DNA of 61,836 nt, filler included, from Circinaria calcarea (taxonomy: Eukaryota), in the NCBI GenBank assembly GCA_051942165.1. It is 7 parts of 7 records of this genome, joined end to end, with 100 filler letters (N's around TTAATTAATTAA, not from the genome) between each part and the next. Parts side by side here need not be neighbours in the genome. Positions count along the whole stretch, not along the records: positions 8,870 to 17,632 come from JAVECS010001053.1; positions 17,733 to 26,481 come from JAVECS010001054.1; 5 more parts are not named here. The stretch is one strand, 5' to 3'. Below are positions 10,022-23,847 of the stretch, one piece after another. The translations under genes and the position numbers were made by a program. A model generated the notes under the pieces. The model was not told where the DNA came from. It was given only the letters and a program-made list of their open reading frames with translations, and did not search any database. Numbering within the stretch: the first letter of the stretch is position 1; every line of letters begins with the position of its first letter.

Positions 10022-12084
10022 TTAAGGTGAATCGGTAGGAATGCTACGGAAGGCCGCCCACGTCTGCGCACTAGACACACCGAGTGAAGCCAGAGCCAAA
10101 AAAATAGTCAAGGCTCCAAAGACGATGACAGCCCAGAAGGTCCACCACGAGCTTGTATTTCTTGAGTCACGCCAAAGGTCGGCTAGGCTGCGGGTCTTTG
10201 GCTCATCCATGTACTGCCTAAGGGCACGAATGCGCGATGCGTAAATTGGAAAGTCGTTATAATCCATCTTATGAGGGACACTGTCGTTGCTCTCGAGATA
10301 TGAGAGATGCACGTCGGAATCGCTCGCACTGCCCAGGTTATTAATTCGACTGAGGCCAATGCGCTTCGCAATTGTTTCAGCTTTCCGGTTCAGCATTTTG
10401 AATAGTCCATCATCAAAGCGGGTGACAGAAGTTTTATAAATCGGAGAGTTTGCGGTCCAAATTACGTGATATCCCGTCCTTTCTACAATCGGCATTCCGA
10501 AAATCTGTTTGAAAAAGACAAGCATTCGGGTTACCACTGCAAGAGAGTTTATGGCTTTAGATTGGGGAAAGTCATCTTGCGTAAACCAATCCGGCACTGG
10601 TAGACGACCGTAGCATCTCTTGATAGATACGCGAGCTGAGGAGTTTCGGGCTGAACCAAAAAGAATCTCATAAGTTAATCTTAACTCATTACTAACAGCT
10701 TGTAGGCTTGGATGAGTTCCGCACCGGCATCTGTAAAGCCTGAAAACATCAATTAATAAAATAAAATTTGTAAAGTGAAAGGGATATATACTCATTAAAT
10801 GGTAGGTGGATAAGTGTATGCGCTGGCCAATATAAGCCTAAAACTTTAACGTCTCTTCTGAGGTCGAGTTTTAAGTGGTTATCGAGACGATAGACCCACT
10901 GGATTTTAAGCTTGCCAATTCTCGTTAATGCTTCAATATTCAGGTCGTAAGGATCGAAAACATCGCTGTTATCCCGGTTGCTTGTAGAGGGGCCGGGTAC
11001 GATATTATGAATAGCATGGAACTTGTGATGAGTCTGACCTAACAGCTGACGCAGAGGAATATTGACAAGCACTTCTAGTGGAATGCTTTCCAAAGTAGTA
11101 TTCTTCGCAAATTGGTAGATATCACTGTAGCCAGACAAAAAAGTAATATTGCAAAGTCCCATTGCAAACAAGATCTCCCTGCAATGATTGCGGATATCAT
11201 TCTCTTGACCATGGTTATCCAAACGGCCTTTCAAGCCTCGACGATAGCATTCCTGAAGGCAATTCTGCAACGTCAATTCCCGCCACCTTGACCTTTCAAT
11301 TCGCGAGTTACTGTGATAGGTATACCGAAATACTGCAAGAATGATTTCATAGCTGATGCTATCTGTTTCGTAAAGACCTTTGTCGATCACACCCATTAAA
11401 GGGCTAACAGATAACTCCCAATGCTGCCGTGGCGTACCATAAACCATCCACGGTCTACCTCTACAGAGTGCTTGAATAGCAAGGACTTTTTGTTTCAACA
11501 CAAAGGTGGCTGTCTCAAGGGATGGGTAGAAAGGGTTGACGCGAATGCTGACCTTTGCGTCAGGAAACTCTGTTCAACATTAGTCACAGCGCTAGCTTCA
11601 TGGCGCACCTAAGCGCACCATTGGCAAAAGCTTCAATTGCAACGTCGTCCTCGGCCTCCAGCTCTACGGACGAAGCAACCGGAGTCTGCAGCAGCCTCTT
11701 CACCTCCTCAGCATCTGCAGCTGTGATATGGGAGAAGTTCCACTGCACCGGTGCAGTATTATGTGTGGAGCCCACTCCATTGTTTACCGCTCCCACTATT
11801 GCTTCGCCTTGCTTCTCAACATCCACATTGGCATTCGGCAACGCTCCGCCTTTGGGTAAGCTCTCCCGGAGAGCGGTCGCAGCCGCGAGGAGAGCATCGA
11901 TGAGGTTGTGGACATGAGACTGCTGTTGGTAGCTGAGCGCTTGAGAATTTTGGGAGGGTTCTTGATGCTCGGGAGCTGTCACATCTGTTGAGAAGTCGGC
12001 AGTACTGGATGTGGGAGATGGAGGAAGTGGAACCGTTGCCGCGACTTCATTGACTTGGCTATCCTTGGGTGCCGTAACTACCAT
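10022..12084 (-). CDS. Uncharacterised fungal protein with C-terminal membrane segment, 3 coding exons
   Basis: Three ORFs joined in frame by introns at about 11570-11618 and 10740-10791. Motif LNIEALTRIGKLKIQWVYRLDNHLKLD and hydrophobic tail WWTFWAVIVFGALTIFLALASLGVSSAQ. Confidence 0.75.
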
Positions 12085-12761
12085 CGCTAAGTCACAAGTA
12101 TTATCAAGGTCAGGCAGAACATGGTTTCATAGACAATCTCACAGTTGTTGAATGGAGAGCCAAGTATACTGTATGCCGAGCTTCTGTATGCAGAAGCTCT
12201 ATACTACCCGTATTAGTAGTAGCGCGGGTTGCAGAGTTTCCCCCTTATCTTGGCACTTTGCGAACTACACACGTTACACAACATATCGACTATTGCGTAC
12301 ACATTGAATACCGTCTTGATGCATTGCTTGAATCACTCCCTGCTAGACCTTTAACAGCAGTCAAGAAATTTCGGCGAGCGTTCACAACAAGCGTGTTTCG
12401 TTTACTCGTATCTTAAGGAGTCTCGAACCAGCAACCAGAAAAGAGGAACATTGCAGGGAAGGCGTTGCTTCTATACAGGCAGTGCACGATTGAGCCGTGA
12501 GATGCGCATGAAGAAATGCTGCCATTAAACATTGTGGGTATGCTGCTTCTGTGTGGTCTGTGTAATGTTATCTGGAATCCGTGTGGGACATATGGAGCGA
12601 GACGCGCGCCCGACATAATCGCTGTTTCCCCGCCTTTTCCCCAAGGCACTTGGGGGAAAGTCGCTGGGGGGAAGTCGTCCGGTTTTTTAAAATGTAATTT
12701 ACTTGGTAATGAAATTAAAATAGAGATCATAATTTCGTCACTTAACGTCTTATTTCAGGAG

Positions 12762-12990
12762 AGTATCCTAAAGAACATACCATTATCAGAAGGGTATTAG
12801 CCTAAAAGCCATAGCCCGAGGCTAATAAGTCAGGTCTACTATCGCAGTTTCCAGGTGATCGCTGTCGCAATACCATTATAGCAATGCTAATACCGGTAAT
12901 AACCTTTACTGCAGCGACCTCTGCGATAGTAGCCTCTACGACAGTAATTTCTACGGCAGCGACCTTTACGACAATAACAGCGATTTTCTA
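12762..12990 (+). repeat. Dispersed repeat relic (copy 1) with internal 15-nt subrepeats
   Basis: Aligns by eye with 36292-36460, mostly by transitions. gcagcgacctctgcg-like units at about 12911-12990. Confidence 0.6.
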
Positions 12991-14859
12991 TAATTAACGT
13001 TATTAATAGCTATTTATATTAATATGTAGAAGGTCAATAACTAAGAATATAAAATAGAATATAAAATCGCAGATTTCCGTATTTTTAAACGCCACCGGGT
13101 AAATTATTCTTGTAAAACCCAGACGACTCCCCCCACCAAGTGCCTTGCTTTTTCCCTGCATGGCGCAGCCACAGCACTGCCCCTTTTTCGCTATTTCCGG
13201 CAAAGCCGGTATTTAGGACGCACTCTTTGGGGCCGATCTCTAAAAAAGGCATGTGTATGGTTAGTCTAAAGAAAGGATAAAGGTATTTGTGGATAAAGGG
13301 GGGTGGGGATGAAGTAGAGAAGAAGCCGGTGAGATATATATATAATAAACGAGGGATAAGGCTGGTGGGTTGGTTTTTGATGGAGGTGTATGAAGTAGGT
13401 GATGAAATGCCTACGGTCACGTTGTGCCTATGGTAAGGATTTGGGAGGGAAAAAGAATGGGTTGAAGCTATCGAATTACTATGGTTTCATGGTAATATGT
13501 ATGATAGTTATAACCCTGCAGCTTGCCTACTTGATGCGGAGGAGCAAAACATGTAAACAAAGGCTTCAATGAAGCTCCGGGAATGCTCTGCATGGAATGC
13601 GCGGGTGTGGCAGAAGTTATACACGCATAGCCACACCTTCTATCATATTCTAACAACGTGAATAAGAGCGGGATTGGGATAAGTGGTTGATAAGATTGAT
13701 TACAGAAGGTGGTCGTCGAGGAAATGAGGGATTGGGAACAAGAAATAATAATCGTTATAAAGGCTTAAGAGGATTAAAACGCGGACTGAATAAATTTTAT
13801 ATTTATACCAAAGTACGCGTTTGGCGTTATGCCCGTATCAAACCCTATATCCAAATCCGGCTCCTTACTTATAGCAAGCCATTCGCACAGCATCGGCGTT
13901 TCCCCTCTGCTACTCCGTACTCGTACTCCGTGGTCAATTCGATGAATATAGAACCTAGTTAGCATAGCCGAAGAAAGACAAGTTTCCACAATCGGAGTCT
14001 TGGTCGTAGAGAAATGGTAAATAGGGAAAAGGGGAAAGCGGATCCTCAGGGAGTTGGGAACGTGGGATTGTATTGCTCAAGCTTGGGGGGTAAATGCTAG
14101 AGTCTATATAGACTAGTGAATGAGATGGGAGTAAGCGGAAAGGATAGTGCCATTTTCTGGATCAGGGCAGTGTTATTGCTAATCATGATCTGGATCGGGA
14201 GATTCATTGCCTGAATGATGGTAGCAATCGAGGGGAGCGAAAACGTTCGAGGGAGGTCTCGTGGGGAAAAAAAGATCCTCGTGACGACTGAGGGATGCGT
14301 TTTGTGTTAGAACGTATCAAGGAGAGTTGCGGCACAGAGGCACGTGGGTATTGGGTAGGTACCCAGCGTGTTTGTTGAGCTGCGGGACCTTTTGTTACCC
14401 ACATTTGGATAAAAGAAGTTTAGGATAAAGTTATGGGGGAATTGCAAAGTAGCCATATCCAATTACTGAAAATTATATCTTTTGTTGACTATGGAAGATA
14501 CATCACAATATCTAGATTAATCGTCATGAAAACTAACTTCTTCTAGTAGCATTGCGCCCTTTGAGGAAAAGAATATAATAGAGAAGCAGATGCAAGAATG
14601 ACGCAAACTTGAGCGATGTGTGAATTTGCCCGTTTATAACACAAGGTTTCCTGGCTGGGTGTCTACAACAGCTCGTGCCGTCGATAGTTAAAGAGTCTTC
14701 CCTTGCTTGCCCACATCAACCAAATCTCCAGCTTCCGTAGTGCTCGTGGGGACCCTCTGCCTGTTGCATTCACGTTGCCCTTGAAGTTGAAAATCTAGCT
14801 TACAGCCAGAACTGTTTAAGCAGAGAGCTTCAGTCATGGTATGCTACTTGCCGACATGG

Positions 14860-17632
14860 TCAAACAGTACTTAATTCGCTAGACTGATCTTCCTCCTCCC
14901 TCGATTGTTCCTCTTCCGATCGTTCTTCTTCCGATGATGTTTGGTCAACTTCCGTACCTCTGACGTACGGATACACTTCTATATCTTTCCATTCCGCTTT
15001 AAGTTCCTTGATAAGATCTGAGTACAGAGAAAATGTTCCCTTACAGCTTTCGCAGGGAGGACAGTCAGAATCATCCCGGCACATTGGAGGTACGCACGCT
15101 TGGCAAGGCTCCTCGTTCTTCTTAATGCAACACGGAGTGTGAAGAGAAGCAGGGCATTCGCGCCCAACTCTCGCACGGGAAAGATCATCTAGAGAACCCA
15201 CGAAGGTCCTTTTAGACGGAAAGGTGTTGAGCTGAGTCTGAAGTAAAACCGATTGATAGTTTTGACACGGTCGGAAATTGGGTGTAGTGAGAGCATCATT
15301 AGGTGTCTTAGTAGTATCATCTTGACAAGGAATAATGAAAACACGCCACCTATAGTTATATACCACTGTATGCACAGTACAAAGTAGACAAGTATTCTTC
15401 TGCAGTATGATGGCTTCGAATGGAAGTCCTTTTCCATTTATTGGATCCCTTGTACATGACAGCCACTGACCCTCCGCAGTACGGATCACGTGCGAGTAGG
15501 CTATCCTAAGACGGGCGTGCTCGATAGGAGAGTATTGGACAACTGGCCCAATAAACTCTGGCTCGTCAAAGATTGAAATAGAGCCCCATGATTGAACGGC
15601 CGTTGGCCATGAAGGTGGTAACTCCAATTCACTTCTATGCATCCCGTGCATCCCGTGCATCATCAACGGCATTTGTTGGTAATGCGTGCAGGGCGTCGTG
15701 TAATAGATATGTGGGATGCCGTAAGATATTCCGATGGGATTTGCTGGGACCCACTTCTTGCTGCGGGTGAGGAACTCGAGCCTCAGCCACAATGTTCGCT
15801 CAGTAACACTGAAGGTGCGCCGAAGTTCGACAGGCTCCAAACCGGCCACGTGACACGGACGTAGTTCTGGTCCAGTAGTTTGGGAACAGTCATCGATGAC
15901 TTCCAAAGTCTGAATCTGATCCGTATCGATTGTTTCAACCCTTATGCTCCGAACGGACGAGTTCTCGTATACGATCCGACCCAGCCGGAAATCAAGAAAT
16001 CTCCCTCCCAATCCTAAGATTGAATGTTCCGCCACGATAGAGCGAAGAACGACTATTCCGTCGAAATCAATCCCGGCCCAGTCCAAGGTTATGAATTTCT
16101 GCTCCAAAGTGTTCGTATCATGATTGTCTGTACATAGAATGACAGCACTGATGAGATCATCCAGATGGAGATCCGCGGGCTTATCATTGTTAGTCGTTCC
16201 TGCTTGATAAAAGTGACGTACGGATAATGATGTAAAGGAGGCGCTCCAATCCGAAAACGCCAGTCTTGCCGCTATGTCCACTGCGTTTATGACCACGCGG
16301 CATATGTATTGGCGTGCACTGGAAGGATGCTTCATGAAGGCAAGACCGTATTGACCATCACCATCGTCGGCCATGTTGCTCATCCGATGCAGAAAGCGAT
16401 TCTGTATATACTCTTCTAGCCGTGACAGTGCCTCCCGGTAGTTGGCTCTTCCGTCAGATCTACTCCACTCACCTCCCTCCGGATATGCTGAATCTTCTAA
16501 ATCTCCTGTTTCACTCGTGTATTCCGAGCTTCCCGATCCCTTCGGAGAGAACCCTAGTATATTCCTGGCCGCTTCTGGATCTAGAGGCTCTCTTCTAAGG
16601 CCCACACAATAATAATCAGGGCAACCCCGTCGTGCTTCAAACGTATAGTCATCGAGAGTACCAGGTACAAAGCCAAGAATCTCTAAGATTCGTAGACCTC
16701 GAGTCCGCAGCTCTGCGAGAACATACAAAGTGTATTTACAGAGCCTATCCGTACGCTCCGCTTTGTCTGTCCAATTGCGGCGGTGGTTTGGATACGAGAA
16801 ATTATCTGCGAGCCTTGAAATGACATTCAACATTTCTACCGCAGCAAACTCATACAAGACTGGGAAGTCAGGCATCTTCCGTAATTCTGGACAGTTCACG
16901 TCCAGAAAATTTACAACTAAACAGTCGACACTCCACCCTTTCCTCTCGAGGCCTTCCGACTCTAATGAGATGAAGTCTTCCAAGTTGCCTGTTCGAGAAG
17001 TCTCGCACGTATTGGCAAGGGGCAAAGATGAAATCCGGATCACCACTCTAGCCTCCTCGTACGTCCCGTTGACAGGTAATGTACGGCCAGAGGCGTCGAT
17101 TGCGCAAGTTGGAAGGCCGAGGACGAAGGACGCATATGTCGCCACCCAGGCAGCCCCAGTAATGCCCTTGTATGTGAAGATAAGGCCTTGGGTTGAGGTA
17201 ACCTTGAAAAGCATCTGCAATATCGTAGGTATATCCTTGTTATGTGGGATTGCTTCATACGGGTTTCTCATGTGGCCTGGGGTCGTCTGCGAGCCTTGTC
17301 CGAATGCCTGCAGTAAATAGTGATACTGCAAGACCTTTTCTCCGAATTCGGTCTTCCTTGTAAACGAGAGCAAGGCTTCTCGGAGCTTCCCCAGTTCCCC
17401 TATACCGGGAGTATTGTCAAGTGACACCCCGGCGGTTTCGAAAAGATGCGATAGAATGGTTGTGCAAGATGTCTCATTTAAGATCGAGGTGATCGCCGTC
17501 ATGAGAGCCACCACATTTTCTCCCGCACGAGTCTTGAGTAACTGATCCACGAGGAAGTTGGAGGCTGAACCAATCTCAACAGCCTTGAAGTACCAAAAGC
17601 GATCTGATCTCTGCTGCTGCCGGACTCTGCTC
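14860..17632 (-). CDS. Large uncharacterised fungal protein (>900 aa), 5'-truncated
   Basis: 896-aa uninterrupted ORF whose frame stays open to the contig end; Cys-rich and acidic C-terminus; no function recognised. Confidence 0.8.
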
Positions 17633-17732
17633 NNNNNNNNNNNNNNNNNNNNNNNNNNNNNNNNNNNNNNNNNNNNTTAATTAATTAANNNNNNNNNNNN
17701 NNNNNNNNNNNNNNNNNNNNNNNNNNNNNNNN
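17633..17732. other. Artificial contig spacer
   Basis: N44-TTAATTAATTAA-N44. Confidence 0.98.
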
Positions 17733-18321
17733 TCCACCATACGATAAAAAAACCCCCCCACTAGCAAACCCAATTTTTCCCCAGGCATAAAATCTCATCC
17801 CATATTGTAGGTAGTACCCCCTAACACCGCTAACACCCCCTGACAAGACAAAAAACGAAAAACGAAAAGCACCGGAGAAAAGAATTGGGAAAGAAAGGGG
17901 AGGGGGGGGGGAAAGAGTGAAAGCGAGAGTGAGGAAAGTGGGATTGGGATTGGATTGGATTGGATTGCACGGAGGTAGAGAGGGAAGGGAGATTGGAAAA
18001 GGGGAGGGGATTGAAGGAGGGAAAAAGAGGGGGAAAGGAAAATGTTCTTCACGGTTGTGTTTGGATTGTATAGTTTCTATTTAATCCTCCCTCGAATAGA
18101 GGTCATCAAGGGTCAGTCACTCATCACTTGAGCCCACATATGAAAAGCAGAGCCAGGGGTCTAGAAATGCTAGACAGACCCTCCGCTCCCATTTACAAAG
18201 TCCTCCATCTATCATTAACCATAGAGATGCCGTTTACCGCCCCCCTTCCCACCCAATCTATCACCTTCCCCTGAACTCCTCCTAACTTCCTTCCTTACCC
18301 TCCACCTCCCCATAGAAAGTC

Positions 18322-21300
18322 CTAATCAGCAAGCACACACCTCAGCATCGCCAAAAAGCTCGGCTGCAACTTCAATATCTCGCTAATCTCCGGTTTCATC
18401 GGCTCGCCCGCACTCCTCCTCAGATGATCCTGTTTCCTACTTCTGCGCTTTCGTTCCGCGGCGATGGGGTCGAGGTTCTCGTCCGAAGAGGATTCGTCCG
18501 AGGAGCCGGAATCCGAGTATTGAAGATCTTGGAGGTCGGACTGGGAAAGACAAAATAGTTAGTACGAGGATGGTAAGGTTGAACGGGAAGAGAAGGAGGG
18601 GATGAAGGAGTGGTGAGGAGACATACTTCGTTGAGACCGAAGTCGCTGGATTTAAAAGTGGTGGAACCGGGAACTACTTCGCCACCTGAACCGGAACCTT
18701 CAGCGGCCATTTTCTGCCTCGTCTTGTCCTGATGCCATTTCTTCCTTGCTTCCTGCCATCTGATCAAGTCATCAATCTCTTTGATGGCTTTTTCCTTGTC
18801 AATCTGCTTGACGGCTACAGCCCCTTGAAATAGCGCATTCATATCTAATTTCCCTCCAGTGGGTCCATGCCTTAGGAACCCTAGTATGCCCTCTAACCAT
18901 CCCATCAACTGGGAAAAGAGCCCATTGTCATGGATATGCACTTCGTGGACGAATTTGTAAAAGTTGTGTTCGTGACGAGCACAGAGGTCAATGAAAGACT
19001 GGACAGTCTGATTGGGGTCGGCGGAGACATCCTGGCGTTGTGCGCGCTCGACCACAGCAAACATGTCATCAGCAAAGGCAGCAAAGTCGGTGACGCTGTT
19101 GTAGACATTGGCGGATTTATAAACACGGATGAGAGGTTCGTAGAAGATTGTAAAGAGATCGCGGAAAAGCTGGAGGGTGACGGGCTATTTCAGAGTCAAT
19201 GCCGTTTCACTCACATTCGGGTGGGAATCTATATACCTCTTCGATTACACTAAGCATCATTGCCTTATCTCGCTGCCTTGTGTACAGCTTCAACAACTGC
19301 TTGAAGTAGGCAAATAGCTGAGCACCTTGCCTCATTTCATCATCCACCTATTCTGCTTAGTAAAGCCATCTTCATCAAAAAGTATAGCTACTTACGTTTT
19401 CCACGGCATTGTTCCAGGCCACGTATGCATTGAAGACTTTGCCAATCTGTGCCGGTGTCAATTCGGGAGTGAAAAGCTCAGAACGTAGAATAGCGACGAT
19501 CAGGTCTATTTGATCGACCACTGCCTCGTTTCGTATAATGTTCTTAGTCTCTTCATTTGCGTCTGTGAAATGTTTCAATTTGTCCGCAAGGATAGGATCA
19601 TCGATCTTCATTACTAGCGAATCAATGGACTTCTGGAACGTCCTGATACCATCGTTCAGAGCCATTGCAAACACTCGTTGAGCTAGAGATCGTGACCCAA
19701 AGGGTTGCGCGAGGAACAAATCCAGGACTCCGGTCATTACCAGGGCGGGATTCGCAAAACGTATGACTTGTTTCAAAGCGCTGTAGGGCATCATAGAATG
19801 TATTCTCTTCGCTTGTGCAAACAATTCGGGAGAGTTATCCTCTGCTAGGAAAAGATGATATATCGTTGCCGCGACCCTATTAGAAATTTAGCAGTATTCT
19901 GGCAGGCCCTATACTCTACTGACTCTATTCGTAGCCATTCAGCAAACTTCTTGTACTCCATACTAAGATCATCTATTTTCTCCTTCTCCTTGATCTCGGC
20001 GAAGAGCTTCGTGAGGCCGTCTGTATCTTCATCAGTGTCACAGGATTCGCCAAGAGTACGGATCCATGCATACTATGTTCTACAATATCTCTCCTAAACC
20101 TTTCCATGTAGACATCTAATTCTGCCGCGCGTTGCCTTGCGATTTCGTAGAATTTCTTTTGCTCCTCGATTCGCTTTTCATCCATTTCTTTTCGCCGTTG
20201 AATATCTCCCATTTCTTCCTCGTTGAGCTTGATTGGCCGGGCTGTAAGGAACTCGTGCATTGCCTTGGACTCGGCTATCTGCTTATTCTGAAGAAAGGTT
20301 CGTAAGAATGCACGTAATGAGACCCTCTGCTCTTCTCGGTACAAAGTAACGACATCTCTACGGTGCTCACTAGAATGACGTGGTGATCCCTCGGATTGCC
20401 TAGAAGCTGAGCGCCGGTGACCCATTCCAACCAAGTTCTTTAATGAACTCGAGTCATCGTGGCCTGTACCTTGTGTTGAAACGGAAGAGACCGACGAAGC
20501 GTCATCATCGCCCCCTCCACTGCTAAGCAGGGTTGAAGATATTGAATTCTTGTTCTTTCGAGGTAGCGGTGGGAGGACTTTGCCTGGTAACTCTGTGCGG
20601 AGTCTTTTATGTAGTTTCGCAAATTCGCCATACCTACGACCAACGTATATGTCTGGTTTTCCCGTTCTTTTGACGCGAAGTATAAACTCCTAGAATAGAA
20701 GAAGGATTAGCCATTGGAATAAGATGGTCCAGAAACCAGCCATACCGCATGTTGATGATATCTGACCGTCCGCTTAACAGATGTTGTTCGTACACCAGCG
20801 ACATTGACGTCCCAGCCGTTGATGGCATGACCTTCTGGCATGTTGACCAGCAGCCCTTGTTCATTGGCTCCCCGATCTACGACCTCCAGTTCCGAGAATC
20901 GAATCCGCTCTTCATACCCCGATGCGGTTGGTATGCCAGACACCATCATGAGCTCTACTAGCTTCTGAGCCTTGAGAGCAAGCTTTCGCCGTTTTGTTTC
21001 CTCCAGCCGATCTTCCGAAGAGGAGATGTGTTTGTTTGCGAAAGACTCGAGGAACTGGGACATGTTAGATGGTCTCACGAAAGGGCAAATCTCATAGAAT
21101 ACCCACCACTTGCAGCTTATCTTGCCAAAACTCCTTTTCCCTTGCTTGATCCAGAAAGGGGAAATTTCGAACATGATGTACGAAGATATAGCGTAGTATG
21201 GGGAGATCCGAATCAACCGGAGCAACTTCGCCATAGTCTGACCTGAAGGGGGCACCAAACCTTTGCAGAGCGGTTGGCGATGCCAACTCCGATATCTCAT

Positions 21301-21587
21301 ATGTGACCTGCCGGGATATGAGCTCACGCTTCAGGTCTACGGAGGATTAGCAAGGGAAGGCTTTGGGATTGTTGAGACGACTCACAATGCTCTTGTCTGC
21401 CGCTTAAAATCTGGCCTGGCGGCGGCTGCCGTGAAGACAGCTTTCTGCTTGGCTTGAGCCTTGGTTGACTTTGCTCGAGAGAAGCATTGTCGGTCGAACG
21501 TGGAGGGGAGAGGACCAATGATCCATTCAATGGCTCTATGGTGCCACCAAGAGCCTTGACCGGCAGTCCATCTTCTAACTTTACCAT
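18322..21587 (-). CDS. LEC1: PX-domain/DUF3818 protein (yeast YPR097W/Lec1-like), multi-exon
   Basis: QEHYLKREL (spliced), LPILRYIFVHHVRNFPFLDQAREKEFWQDKLQ, LYREEQRVSLRAFLR, LFAQAKRIHSMMPY, FIDLCARHEHNFYKFVHEVH; canonical introns; stop TAG at 18322-18324. Confidence 0.85.
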
Positions 21588-22227
21588 GTCTGACACAAAG
21601 GCAGCTGAGGTAAAGCCTTCAGTTCAGAGTTTGCGTTGTGGAGATGAAATATGATTGAAGATGATGACCAAAACCCTCTCCGGCTGAAGCCGCGCAACGG
21701 AATGACGCTGGTGCATACTTTGCACCGTTTGCCCCTCCACCGACCACACAAACCGCAGGCTAAGCTTTGGTCGTCTCTTGGCTGCCGCTACCTAATCGGC
21801 CCTTGCCAACGGGGACTGGGAGCACTAACCCCCGAGCTTGTCTACCCACACATTTGCGCCGGAGAGTCATCTATTCCGTATTCATGCACACCACCCAGCA
21901 CATTCTGTCACAATGCAACAGTGCGGTTGAAATCCACGTGTGCTATAGCATAACAGTTACAACATAATCACTCATCGGACGCGGCCAATGAATGGTGCCA
22001 ACTAATTAATTTGTGTTTGCCTCGTGGTGTTGGTTACGTTGCAATCAGAACACAATCTGCTACTCCCATCCACTTATGGACCCTCTCTCCGTCTACCTAT
22101 CGAGATGCAGATCCACTCGGAGGCTTGACAAAGCCCTTCCTTCCTTACTCTCGATCCTTATTGGATTCAGAAGGTACCATAGATCGGACAAAGATTAGAG
22201 AGGATTATGGATAATTGCAGATAAACA

Positions 22228-23847
22228 TTAGCGGAAGGCCACCTCTGCTGGTAGTCGAAAACTGGCGCAGAACATACGTTTCTGCGGTGCTACGTCGCGA
22301 ACGTCCCAGATCCGGACTTCCTGGTCTTCCCGGCTGATCGTGAACCCTATGCGCTGAGAAACTTCCCTGCAGATTTTGATTTCCTCCGCGACGTTATCGT
22401 CGCTCTTGGTGGAGAAGCAATGAACATGGATCATCGGGAGCTTGACCTCTGTATATGGAGAGAATAGCTTCTCTTGTCCTCGATAAAGTCCGATGAATGC
22501 ATCCAGGAATGTAGTCGCGGTGGCGGGAAGGTTCATGACATAATGAGAAAAAACTTTTGGCTGTGTAAGAACGCCCGGTTGAGGTGGTTCGATTTGGTGA
22601 GATTGCTGCTGTGACCTTGAGGATCTGAATTTCTTAGACGTAACCTCTACAGTCAAGTTCTGTTCCAGAAGCTGTTGGGCGGCTCTTCGAACGAAGATCC
22701 TACCGTCTTCATTGAAAGGCTGGACAAATTGGGTAACCTAACACGTTTAGCCGTGAATTTATACACCATCCTATCGATTCAAGAACCACAACTACAGCCT
22801 ACCTTATTCAACGCCACGGCCTCAACGAGGCTGTAATAGCTGTCCGGATTGAGGTCATTTGCCCAAACAAATACCCTTTTCTTCCCGGCAGGCACAGCGA
22901 ATGGTCCAACGCCTGCCATCACGTCGCAGACTGCTTCTCCGGGTTGGAACATATCCACCAGTCGCTTGTGCTCCGTGTTGAGCCGCGTGTTCCAATAGAC
23001 TTTGGAGTAGTCAAAACGGAAGATGCAGTCCAACTCTCTGACTTCGACGTCCATGGAAGGGTCCCCGGCAAGGAGCTCGTACTGGAAAGTACGAAATTCA
23101 TTTTGCGTGCCAACGTCGTCAATTTTGTTGATTACTGTCCGAATAGTCTGATTCTTGTCCAACAAGACATGAGCAATCAATGTTTTATAAGGGAGATATT
23201 GCTCTCGCAGATTGAGGTGAGCTTATTCAACTTTAGCATGCGGGTATAAGAGTAGGTTGCAGAACTTCGCTGGCTTACCAACATGGCCCACGATGCTAAA
23301 GCCCGAAGGTATTTCATCTTGATCATGTTCTGGTAATATAGCAGTTATGATCTCGTCTATGAGCTTGTCAGCTGTCGATAGCAAGGTACATGCCCAATCG
23401 TCTACATACGTACGATATGTCCAGTAGTCGTAGTCGAGTTCCAAGTCATACGGTACCACTGACACCCTTTCCGTCTTTACAAGCTCCTGCAGCTTATTGG
23501 TCCATGTGGAAGTGTCTGGCCGGCCTATCAGTTGCACAATAACTCCATAGGAGGATCACTAGATGCGTACCGTTAGATCTAATGTCCGGGCGTAGGATGA
23601 GAGATTTTCTGCCAGACTTGGCCGCCTCTGTATCAGGATCTGGCCTGACGTTGGCTAGACGCTCGAGACGTAACATGGCGTCACCTAACTCTGCCCGGCA
23701 TTGGGAGATTTGCTTATTGTCAAGGACCCGCGCCAATGTGAGAGGTATACGTTTTCTAAAGAATGTACGATCAAGCACACGCATAGCATGATTCACAGGA
23801 GGCCGGAACATCTCAGCAGAGAACGGAAATGTATGATGATTGGACAT
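22228..23847 (-). CDS. TRM5: tRNA (guanine-37-N1)-methyltransferase, multi-exon
   Basis: [78 protein letters not shown]. Start could be 23847 or 23811. Confidence 0.92.

Noticed and set aside
16730..17320. Long antisense ORFs (also 32123-32737, 41938-42468, 61352-61834)
   Set aside because: Shadows of real genes on the opposite strand
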